Assembly: GCA_902566515.1 (NCBI GenBank)
Contig: CACFIX010000002.1
Coordinates: forward strand, 19,566 to 83,565
Direction: 5' to 3'
Source of the DNA: an uncultured Candidatus Actinomarina sp.
GTDB lineage: Bacteria; Actinomycetota; Acidimicrobiia; Actinomarinales; Actinomarinaceae
DNA length: 64,000 nucleotides
The notes below the pieces were generated by a model, which searched no databases, was not told where the DNA came from, and saw only the letters and a list, made by a program, of their open reading frames with translations. Below, one piece after another: positions 26,671 through 34,912 of this stretch (within the stretch, counting starts at the first letter, position 1; every line of letters begins with the position of its first letter). The position numbers were made by a program, and so were the translations under genes.

Positions 26671-27851
26671 AAAGAAAAAGACTAAAAACAAAAGATCTAT
26701 TCTTTGTAGCTCTATATGGAGTTCGCGCAAGGAAAGGAAGAGCAACACTTACCTCAATTGGGATAGGCATCGGTATTGCTGCAATAGTAGCTGTATCTGG
26801 AATTTCAGCATCTGGAAGAGCAGATCTTTTATCAACTCTAGAATCACTCGGCACAAATCTAGTAAAAGCATCACCACAAGCTGGATTTTTTGGGACTCAA
26901 GAAGAACTTCCAAAGGGTGTCTTGGGTATGGTTGAGAGAATTGGCCCTGTTCAAGAAGTTACTTCAACTACACAAACAGATCTCTTAGTTAGAAGAAGTA
27001 ATTTTATTTCTGAATTTGAAGGCGGAGGCATCTCAACAATAATTACTAGCGCCGAACTCCTAGATGTCATTGGTGGAGATTTAGCTGATGGAAGATTTAT
27101 TCAAGATGGACTATCTGATATCCCAGTAACGGTTTTAGGGAGTGTAACGGCTCAAAGATTGGGAATAAATAATTTAACTAAGCCTACAAAAATACTAATT
27201 GAGAATGAGTGGTTTGGTGTGGTTGGCATATTAGAAGAATTAAAAATTCACCCTGACCTAGACAGGTCTGTGTTTATTGGATATGGTGTTGCAAAAACCC
27301 TTTTTGATATTAACGAAGAACCTACAACTATATACCTAAGAGCTAACCCAACTTTTATCGAGGATGTAGTTGAAGTACTTGCTCCATCGATGAATCCAGA
27401 AAATCCTGACCAAGTTGAAGTTACGCGTCCGTCAGATGCACTTGAAGCACAACAAGCAGCTGAAGAAGCGTTTACTAATTTATTGTTAGGGTTAGGGTCT
27501 GTAGCTTTACTTGTTGGAGGGGTTGCCATAGCCAATGTTATGGTCATGTCTGTTCTAGAAAGAAGAATGGAAATTGGAGTTAGACGTTCAATTGGTGCAA
27601 CAAGAAGAGAGATTAGATATCAATTTTTATTAGAGAGCATAGTTTTGTCTGGTATCGGAGGTCTTGTAGGGGTTCTTTTGGGTACAGGCATTACACTGGG
27701 TTACACTAATTACACAAATATTGTATTCTCAATACCAGTATGGCAAATATTCGGCGCAGTGCTTCTAGCATTATTAATTGGAGCAATATCTGGGGTGTAT
27801 CCAGCAATAAAAGCTTCCAAAATTCAACCAGCAGAGGCAGTAAGAAAGTAA
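26667..27851 (+). CDS. ABC transporter permease (FtsX/MacB type with extracytoplasmic domain)
   Basis: N-terminal TM segment, about 200-aa extracytoplasmic domain, then the FtsX region 'MVMSVLERRMEIGVRRSIGATRREI' and 3 TM segments. Confidence 0.85.
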   Translation: MKRKRLKTKDLFFVALYGVRARKGRATLTSIGIGIGIAAIVAVSGISASGRADLLSTLESLGTNLVKASPQAGFFGTQEELPKGVLGMVERIGPVQEVTSTTQTDLLVRRSNFISEFEGGGISTIITSAELLDVIGGDLADGRFIQDGLSDIPVTVLGSVTAQRLGINNLTKPTKILIENEWFGVVGILEELKIHPDLDRSVFIGYGVAKTLFDINEEPTTIYLRANPTFIEDVVEVLAPSMNPENPDQVEVTRPSDALEAQQAAEEAFTNLLLGLGSVALLVGGVAIANVMVMSVLERRMEIGVRRSIGATRREIRYQFLLESIVLSGIGGLVGVLLGTGITLGYTNYTNIVFSIPVWQIFGAVLLALLIGAISGVYPAIKASKIQPAEAVRK

Positions 27852-28369
27852 GAATACTCTTTTTGTTATCAATTTTTTCTGCATGCACCATTGGGGGTGA
27901 AGAGTCACAAGGTGTTGTAACTATAGAATCTACAACAGAAACAACAACTGTAGATGAAGAAATAACTTTTGAGGAAGGTGTATTAGATTTTGCGCAATGT
28001 ATGAGAGAGGAGGGTGTTAATTTTCCAGATCCAACATTTGATATTGATGGGAACCCTCAGTTTGATAATTTAGAAATTGAAAATGAAGAAGAGTTTGAGA
28101 ACGCATTTGAAAATTGTGAAGATATATTAAGAAATGCACTTCCAGAACAATTTGACTTAGACCCAGAGGTTGAAGCCGCTTTGGTTGATGCATCTTTAGA
28201 ATTTTCTCAATGTATGAGGGAGCAAGGTATTGACTTTCCTGATCCAAAACCTGGCGAGTTTGGTTTCTTTGCCTTTAGAGATGCAGATATTGATTTTACT
28301 TCTGAAGCTGTGCAAAATGCTTTTGAAATTTGCCAACCTGAAAATCCACTAGAAGATTTAGACGACTAA
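27740..28369 (+). CDS. acidic Cys4 lipoprotein, paralog 4 (start codon unresolved)
   Basis: Lipobox 'IFSAC|T', 'SQGVVTIEST' linker, modules 'AQCMREEGVNFPDP...ENC' and 'SQCMREQGIDFPDP...EIC'. The only in-frame ATG (27740) overlaps the permease by 112 nt. The signal peptide proper begins near 27842. Confidence 0.6.
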   Translation: MANIRRSASSIINWSNIWGVSSNKSFQNSTSRGSKKVRILFLLSIFSACTIGGEESQGVVTIESTTETTTVDEEITFEEGVLDFAQCMREEGVNFPDPTFDIDGNPQFDNLEIENEEEFENAFENCEDILRNALPEQFDLDPEVEAALVDASLEFSQCMREQGIDFPDPKPGEFGFFAFRDADIDFTSEAVQNAFEICQPENPLEDLDD

Positions 28370-28860
28370 ATACCAGAATCAAAAAATCTTGGTTGGCTAA
28401 CTCCAATAGTTCTCCAACATGGCTTTTCTTCACATAACGTTTTTTCAAACACCCATGTAATCACAAAATAATTATTGTTTTTAGCCAATACTTTTACTTC
28501 GTAATGAATATTTTCATCACTCTCAAAAATGACTTCGTAAGAGTAATCTTTTAGATCAACAATGGAATCGTACGGTTCAGAAGTCAACATCATTGAAAAC
28601 CTTTCTTTGGGACCAGTTGCTTCACGGTTGTCTTCATGTGCATAATTCCATATAGTATCAATTGTTAAAGATGGATTTTCTGAAAAATTTTTATACGCAT
28701 TAAATATTTCAGTTAATATTTCTTCAGACGTAAGAGACTTTGTCTCTAAGACTTCATTTACAACAACAGTATCTTCAGAGGAATTTTCTGATACCACACC
28801 ATCTGTTGGTCCACATGAAATTACTAAAAGGAAAAAGAGAAGCTTTTTAGCCACCGACAA
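28366..28860 (-). CDS. lipoprotein with DUF4864-like (NTF2-like) domain
   Basis: TTG start, lipobox 'LVISC|G'. 'YAHEDNREATGPKERFSMMLTSEPYDSIVDLKDY' fits the DUF4864 pattern as I recall it. Confidence 0.5.
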   Translation of the reverse strand: MSVAKKLLFFLLVISCGPTDGVVSENSSEDTVVVNEVLETKSLTSEEILTEIFNAYKNFSENPSLTIDTIWNYAHEDNREATGPKERFSMMLTSEPYDSIVDLKDYSYEVIFESDENIHYEVKVLAKNNNYFVITWVFEKTLCEEKPCWRTIGVSQPRFFDSGI

Positions 28861-28985
28861 AAGTAGTTATTACAAGGTACACGTGCAAAACAAACGCAAC
28901 AAGCAAGAACCCAAAGAATGATTTCTTTTCTACTTTATTCACAGTTAAATACTAGCAACCAAGTGTTTTTTAGATAAATTAAAGC

Positions 28986-29141
28986 TTACTTGTTTGCTTG
29001 TTCGTAAGCTTGGCTATATAAAATTAAAGTTGGAGCCCATAGACCTACATATATTGCTAATTGTGAGTCATCTAAAACAATATAAATAAGTACAGAAGCT
29101 ATAACCGATACCATACTTGCGTACAATCCTAATTTTGTCAC
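28986..29141 (-). CDS. possible 51-aa membrane mini-protein
   Basis: Hand translation gives MTKLGLYASMVSVIASVLIYIVLDDSQLAIYVGLWAPTLILYSQAYEQANK (GTG start). The only support is the hydrophobic profile. Confidence 0.25.
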   Translation of the reverse strand: MTKLGLYASMVSVIASVLIYIVLDDSQLAIYVGLWAPTLILYSQAYEQANK

Positions 29142-29194
29142 ACTATCCCTTTCACAAGATTTAATTATACTACCAATATTTGTTATGATTAATT

Positions 29195-29350
29195 ATGCTA
29201 GAAACTCTAACGTCGAGCCCTTTCACTGTCATATTGTTATTTCCTGTTGCAACACTAACGATATTTGTGGTTGGACTTATCCGAATAGATATAAGAGATT
29301 TAAGAGGGCAAGAAACTGCTGGTCAAAAACTAGCGATAGAAGAAGAGTAA
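29195..29350 (+). CDS. possible 51-aa membrane mini-protein
   Basis: Hand translation gives MLETLTSSPFTVILLFPVATLTIFVVGLIRIDIRDLRGQETAGQKLAIEEE. Divergent from the 28986-29141 mini-ORF. Confidence 0.25.
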   Translation: MLETLTSSPFTVILLFPVATLTIFVVGLIRIDIRDLRGQETAGQKLAIEEE

Positions 29351-29381
29351 TTTGTCTTATTTAATTGTTTAGATAAATATT

Positions 29382-29882
29382 GTGGATCGAGAAAATCTAG
29401 AAAACTTAGATGAAGAGTCCTTGTTCAGGATTCAAAATACTATTTCAGAAATCATAAAAGAAAGAAATTTTAAAAAAGGAGACATAGAAGCAATTGTCGA
29501 TAGCTCTTTTGACATAGCTTTTCCAAAAAATGATAGTTTAGGACTAAATCCATGGGTTGAAGGATCGATGCTTATCTGTCCTGGAGCAAGGATTGACAAA
29601 ACTCAAACCAAGCATGTGTGTAAATTTGTAGTTGTTGAGGAAGATTGGTCTTGGGAGTCAGGCCACATGGTAAATGATGTTATAAGAAGAGATCAATCTT
29701 CTAAGCGTTTTAAACAACATTCAATAACTTTAATATCTCCATTCGAAGGTATGTCCGTACAGGTAATTTCACAGAAATCTCAAAACGGTAAACATTTAGT
29801 TGACAATGTAGAGTCTTTTATTTTTACAAATGGTGGCTTAGATAAAGTTATGACTAAATCTAGTAGATCTAGAGAACACTAG
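29382..29882 (+). CDS. hypothetical protein (no recognisable domain)
   Basis: 166-aa ORF with GTG start. N-terminal helix, then a beta-rich region (KHVCKFVVVEEDWSWESGHMVNDV). I recognise no family. Confidence 0.5.
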   Translation: MDRENLENLDEESLFRIQNTISEIIKERNFKKGDIEAIVDSSFDIAFPKNDSLGLNPWVEGSMLICPGARIDKTQTKHVCKFVVVEEDWSWESGHMVNDVIRRDQSSKRFKQHSITLISPFEGMSVQVISQKSQNGKHLVDNVESFIFTNGGLDKVMTKSSRSREH

Positions 29883-31456
29883 ACGAACAAAGACAAAGCT
29901 CTCCAGCCAAATAAATAAATTAAAATTACAAAAACTAAAAATAGCAGAACTACCGAAATTCTTTTAAATAATGAATTTTCTACTATCAGACCCGCATTAT
30001 CTGACTTAACTCTAGCTCGTAATAGAGTAACAAATCTTGCAAAAGGAAAATATTCGTTGGTTTTAAGATCAACAATTAGTGACTCTTTATTTTTAGAAAA
30101 TGTATGGATTCCCCTGAACATAGAATTCTCAGCTGGTTTTAATTCTCCAACTAAAGATTCTTTAAACTCATTACGACTAAGAACTTCTATTTTATTGAAC
30201 ACCAGTGAGGTTCCGTAATCAGGGAAGCAGTTTTGAGCAGGCCTAATTAGAGAATCTCCTTCTCTAAATATCGATCCACCACCACGAGAGTTGCTTAAGT
30301 TAATTTTTACAGGATTCAGATTGTGCGGAGTCCATTCACCAAGTGGATTTTTAGCATAAAATATATTCAGGTAAGAATGCCCCCCCATTCGTCCATCAGT
30401 CGCAAAAACATACCAAGCATTATTATGCTCTACAATAGTTGGATCAACACCAGCAAAATCATTGATTACTGTGTTTGCTTTCACAAGAGAATCTTTTTGA
30501 ATTTTATAAATTTCAATTTTATTGCTTTGTGCACCCTCGGGTATTAAATATGTTTCTCCTTCATATTCAAAAATACAAGGATAAGAGTAATGAATACGAT
30601 TAGAAGTTTTTATATCCTTTATACTTTTATCTTCAAAGCTATATTTTGCTAATTTTCCAGTCCCCAAAAAATAATTAAATTTTTCAAAATATAACGAGTT
30701 TTCATTTTCAGAATAAAAAGGATCTGCTTTGAAGCTCCAAGTACGATCATTGAAAACCTTTTTCACCATAGATTCATCTATAGAGTTTTGTCCAAAAATA
30801 TCTAGAATTTTTGGATATGTGTAGATACTCCAAGAAGGGTAATTGAAAATTAAAGAGTAAATTTTTTTTATTAAAGAAGAAAGCCCAAAGCTTGAAACTG
30901 AAAGAGAGCTATCCATCAATTTTTCATAATTTGTACTTATATGAGTATTTCTTTTTGTAATTAAAAACTTCAAAGACTCTAGGTGTTTTGAAATAGATTT
31001 ACTTTCACTAAACTTTGCCTCTTCAGTCCATGAAACATTTATGATTTTATTCATACTTTTATTTCTTTGAGTTAAGTATGTAATAAATTTAAGCTTATCG
31101 AAATCTCTTAAATAGTAAGATTTTTCAAATTTCTGATCACTATTTTCATTACTAAAGTAAAAAATATTATCGTTGTAAGTAAAATCTATGGATGTTTCAG
31201 ACAACCAAATCAAACTACCTGAGTATTGAGAATTTTCTATTATTGAAATTCTTTCAGTCTCTTCAAACAGTTCAGAAATATTTATTTTGAATAAGTTTTT
31301 ACATAAAAACCGGACAAATGAAAAAGCACGATAGAAATTTTTATGATTTGTTATATATATTTTATTTAGATTATTTTCTTTATACAGTTTGTCTATTAAT
31401 TGATACTTCCAGTAAGTGACTGTGTGTCCGTCTATAACTACTGATGTTTTATTCAT
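29879..31456 (-). CDS. beta-propeller (GH43-like) protein with C-terminal TM anchor
   Basis: 'SFKADPF', 'YSYPCIFEYEGETYLIPE', 'GVDPTIVEHNNAWYVFAT' and 'NPLGEWTPH' blades resemble the bacterial family labelled glucosamine inositolphosphorylceramide transferase-like (from memory). C-terminal TM segment 'ISVVLLFLVFVILIYLFGW'. Confidence 0.45.
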   Translation of the reverse strand: MNKTSVVIDGHTVTYWKYQLIDKLYKENNLNKIYITNHKNFYRAFSFVRFLCKNLFKINISELFEETERISIIENSQYSGSLIWLSETSIDFTYNDNIFYFSNENSDQKFEKSYYLRDFDKLKFITYLTQRNKSMNKIINVSWTEEAKFSESKSISKHLESLKFLITKRNTHISTNYEKLMDSSLSVSSFGLSSLIKKIYSLIFNYPSWSIYTYPKILDIFGQNSIDESMVKKVFNDRTWSFKADPFYSENENSLYFEKFNYFLGTGKLAKYSFEDKSIKDIKTSNRIHYSYPCIFEYEGETYLIPEGAQSNKIEIYKIQKDSLVKANTVINDFAGVDPTIVEHNNAWYVFATDGRMGGHSYLNIFYAKNPLGEWTPHNLNPVKINLSNSRGGGSIFREGDSLIRPAQNCFPDYGTSLVFNKIEVLSRNEFKESLVGELKPAENSMFRGIHTFSKNKESLIVDLKTNEYFPFARFVTLLRARVKSDNAGLIVENSLFKRISVVLLFLVFVILIYLFGWRALSLFV

Positions 31457-31488
31457 TAAGAACTAGTTTATTTAATTAAATGAAATAT

Positions 31489-33357
31489 TTAAACTAAATG
31501 TTTTTTATGCCAGCTTATTATGTGGTCAAACCTTTGTTTTCTATGAACAGGCGTTCCAGATCTAGATAACTCATGGCTTTCACCAGGAAATCTTAACATA
31601 GCTGTTTTTACACCTCTTTTTTTTAAGTTTGAAAATAGTTGCTCCGCTTGCTCTATTGGGCATCTATAGTCTTCTTGAGAGTGAATTATTAAAGTTGGCG
31701 TTTTTATACTTGACGCATATGTAATTGGACTCTTTTTTCTATATAGATTTATATTTTTTGACATGTCATCGAGCAAATACATTTCTGGAAAACCTATACC
31801 AATGTCAGATGTTCCAACCATAGTTTCCCAATTAAGTAAAGCCCGTTCAACAATAGCTGATTTAAAAGTATTTGGATTATGACTAATTATCCAAGATGTC
31901 ATAAATCCACCATATGATCCGCCCATTATGCCATCTTTTTTATTGATTATTCCCATCACTTTTTTCATTTTTTTAAACGAAGTAAGAACATCATGCATAT
32001 CATTTACACCCCACTTGTTACCACAAACATCTCTTAAGAATTCATGGCCTCTTCCCGTAGAACCTCTAGGGTTACAAGCAATCACATTGAAGCCTGCAGA
32101 GGCATAAGTTTGAAACTCATCAAAAAACGTAAATCCATATTGACTTGCGGGCCCACCATGAATGTTTAAGATTGTTGGTTTATCTTTTCCGACGAATATT
32201 CCCCAAGTATCAATTTCTGATTTACCTGTATCAATTCTTTCATATACGCAATCTCTTGTTTTAATATTTTTAACAAAAAAATCATTGGCTTTTGATATTT
32301 TATTTAGCTCACCATCTTTTAGTTCATACACCTCGTCTGGACTTGAGAATGAATTTGCTATTACATATGTGCTTCCATCGCTAAACGTAAAGTCTTTGAT
32401 GGTGATGTTTTCATCAATTAAGTCAATTTTTTTAGTACCATTCCGAAGAAGTGTTTTTCCAGAGTCTTCATATAGAAAATAAAGAATAGATTCGTACACT
32501 TCCGCTTTGACTATATTTCTGTCAAACAATCTATATTTAAAGGAAACTTTGCCTGATTGAGAGAATTTTAAAATTGTAGTATTGGTAGGCCATTCAAATC
32601 TATTCCTTAAGCCAACAGCATGAAGTTCGTCTTCATAGTAAAACAAATTTCCCATCATGCCTTTTGTAAATATATCTACAATTTTTTTATTTTTTAAAGT
32701 TCCAATTCTCTCCTCAAGCATTGTTCCTATTGAATTGTGCTTGTCATAAGAGAAAGTAAGAACACCATTATTTTCCACTAAAGAATCGATCGAAATAATA
32801 TTATGTTTATCACCGTCTACAACCTTCTCAGGTTTACCAGTTTCAAGGTTAACTTTGTAGACATTACCTCTTTTGTTATAGATGATTCCTCTTGTATCAA
32901 ATCTAAAAGGAAGATTTTCGTAGTACATAGGCTCAGAATCTTTTGATTGAATATTCTTAAATTCCTCATTCCACTCATTAGTAATCACATACAAAAACTT
33001 TCCATTATTACTCAGTAGATAGTTGTTGATACTTCCTTCAATTTCAAAAACTGATCTCACAGATCTTCCTGACTGCATTTCGATCGTTGAAGATGCATTT
33101 TTAGACTTACTCTTATCCTCAACAGACCTATTTGTTTTTACATAAAAAATGTCATTGCTTTTCTTTGCGAATTTTGGATTACTAAAGTTATTATTACCTG
33201 ACTTAAATTTTCTCCAGTTCCCTTTGCTCATTCTCCAAAGTTCACTTACATATGTATTAGATTCAAATTCCATACGAGTACTTTGCACGATTAAGTTTGA
33301 ATCTTTAGCTACAAGATTTGATAAAGTGTTGAATGAATTTAAATTTTCTGGTTTCAT
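31489..33357 (-). CDS. S9 family serine peptidase (prolyl oligopeptidase / acylaminoacyl peptidase-like)
   Basis: N-terminal beta-propeller region. Nucleophile elbow 'GGSYGGFMT'. Downstream 'SQEDYRCP' and 'GESHEL' supply Asp and His. Confidence 0.85.
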   Translation of the reverse strand: MKPENLNSFNTLSNLVAKDSNLIVQSTRMEFESNTYVSELWRMSKGNWRKFKSGNNNFSNPKFAKKSNDIFYVKTNRSVEDKSKSKNASSTIEMQSGRSVRSVFEIEGSINNYLLSNNGKFLYVITNEWNEEFKNIQSKDSEPMYYENLPFRFDTRGIIYNKRGNVYKVNLETGKPEKVVDGDKHNIISIDSLVENNGVLTFSYDKHNSIGTMLEERIGTLKNKKIVDIFTKGMMGNLFYYEDELHAVGLRNRFEWPTNTTILKFSQSGKVSFKYRLFDRNIVKAEVYESILYFLYEDSGKTLLRNGTKKIDLIDENITIKDFTFSDGSTYVIANSFSSPDEVYELKDGELNKISKANDFFVKNIKTRDCVYERIDTGKSEIDTWGIFVGKDKPTILNIHGGPASQYGFTFFDEFQTYASAGFNVIACNPRGSTGRGHEFLRDVCGNKWGVNDMHDVLTSFKKMKKVMGIINKKDGIMGGSYGGFMTSWIISHNPNTFKSAIVERALLNWETMVGTSDIGIGFPEMYLLDDMSKNINLYRKKSPITYASSIKTPTLIIHSQEDYRCPIEQAEQLFSNLKKRGVKTAMLRFPGESHELSRSGTPVHRKQRFDHIISWHKKHLV

Positions 33358-33366
33358 CTGTTAATT

Positions 33367-34731
33367 CTATTTGGTAAATCTGTCTGCAACAAACGTAATT
33401 ATGACTGATGATACTAAAGCAATAGCAAAAGTATTAAGATCAGCTAATCCGTAGAGATCTGTTGGAACAAATAAACCTCCAGGATTTTCTTCTAAATTAA
33501 CAAACAGATATCTGTACACAAACACTGAAATGAGGGAACCGACAAAAGGCAGAACAAGCAAAATGTCTTTGCTCGTTTTTTTAATTCTGTAAAAAGCAGG
33601 AAAAACAAGGCTTGTTGCTAGAAGATCAGCAACTAAAAATACAGTAAAAATATTAGTTACTCTTGTTGAAGCTATAAGCGCCAAGATAATAACTAATAAA
33701 GTTATATTATTAGCTTCTTTACTTCCTTTTTTAATTAAGTCTATCGATATAGTAGATGAGATAGCATTTTCCAGTGTATCAACGCTCGATGTTACCAAGA
33801 GAGTTGCTAAGGAGATTAAAACCAAGACAGTCATAGAATTTAAACTCAATTGATTTATAAAGCTTAAAGTCGGGACCTCCAAACCTTTCCCAGCACCAAC
33901 GGCACCCGCAATGCCTAATAGAAGAATTGTTATAAAAACCCCAAACCCTGAGTAGATACAAGCTTTTTTGATTGTCGTTTCATTCATAGCTGAGAAGGTT
34001 CTTTGCCAATAGCCAGTAGAAAATATTTCAGCTGCTGTAACTGCAATTATTACTGCAAGTGCTGATTTCAAGCTGTATGTTTCAAAAGTATTTAACCCAC
34101 CAAGTATTGCAAAATCTGTAATTTCGCTGATGTTATTTTGACTAAACCAAATACCAAACAAAAAGGTTAAAAGAAGTATTATTCCAATTCCTTGAATTTT
34201 ATCTGTCAGATAAGAAGCTTTAAATCCTGACTTATTAAGATACAAAAAAGTAGTAGCTGCAACTAACGCTGCAACCACAATACCTGAAACATCAGAGATT
34301 GCCTCAAATAAATAACTTATTGATGCGAACTCTGCTATCAAGAATGCACTCATGTAAATAACAGCTACTAAAGAAACAATTTTTTGTGCTACAGATCCAT
34401 ATTTTTTTTCAACAAATTGAGCCAAAGTAACACCGTTAGGAAGTAGTTTAGAAATTTTTGGGCCAAATATGTATATCAAAATAAAAGGAGTTGCAGCTGA
34501 GATTGCGTATCCATAAATATCATATCCAAGTCCATACCATGCAACTTCAGCTGGTGAAGTCAATATCCATAAACCCATGCCACTCGCGTAGAAACTCATA
34601 GTTAACCCAAAAGTTTTTTCTGTCTTATCAAGTACAAAGTATTCGCTATCAACTGTCTTAATATTTCTAGTAATAAGAAATACCATTACAAGCAAGGATG
34701 CAATTACAACATAAGCTATATTTGTATTCAT
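33367..34731 (-). CDS. sodium:solute symporter family transporter, TPP-riboswitch controlled (ThiV-like candidate)
   Basis: About 12-13 TM segments with an SSF-like profile. A THI-box riboswitch sits directly upstream on the same strand. Confidence 0.8.
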   Translation of the reverse strand: MNTNIAYVVIASLLVMVFLITRNIKTVDSEYFVLDKTEKTFGLTMSFYASGMGLWILTSPAEVAWYGLGYDIYGYAISAATPFILIYIFGPKISKLLPNGVTLAQFVEKKYGSVAQKIVSLVAVIYMSAFLIAEFASISYLFEAISDVSGIVVAALVAATTFLYLNKSGFKASYLTDKIQGIGIILLLTFLFGIWFSQNNISEITDFAILGGLNTFETYSLKSALAVIIAVTAAEIFSTGYWQRTFSAMNETTIKKACIYSGFGVFITILLLGIAGAVGAGKGLEVPTLSFINQLSLNSMTVLVLISLATLLVTSSVDTLENAISSTISIDLIKKGSKEANNITLLVIILALIASTRVTNIFTVFLVADLLATSLVFPAFYRIKKTSKDILLVLPFVGSLISVFVYRYLFVNLEENPGGLFVPTDLYGLADLNTFAIALVSSVIITFVADRFTK

Positions 34732-34759
34732 AAATAACCACCTTCAATAGTTTGTAATG

Positions 34760-34855
34760 GGGATAAAAGTTATGATTTCCCTTCGCTGGAATTACCCAAC
34801 AGGTTCATACGGTCGGTTTTTTGCAACCCTCTCAGCTTTTGCTCCCGCTAATTTA
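34760..34855 (-). promoter_or_regulatory. TPP (THI-box) riboswitch
   Basis: The minus strand reads GCGGGAGCAAAAGCUGAGAGGGUUGCAAAAAACCGACCGUAUGAACCUGUUGGGUAAUUCCAGCGAAGGGAA. This matches the conserved CUGAGA ... ACCUGAUCUGGAUAAUGCCAGCGUAGGGAA core. It is followed by GAAGGUGG RBS and ATG 34731. Confidence 0.8.
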
Positions 34856-34912
34856 ATAATAGCGAAAATTGTCAACAAGAGTTATCTTTTTGAGAGCATT
34901 AGTATTTCAAGA

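Noticed and set aside
34757-34912. N-terminal 52 codons of the EamA ORF (MGIKVMISLRWNYPTGSYGRFF...).
   Set aside because: This stretch is the reverse complement of a TPP riboswitch that serves the divergent SSF gene. The hydrophobic transporter core only begins after GTG 34913.
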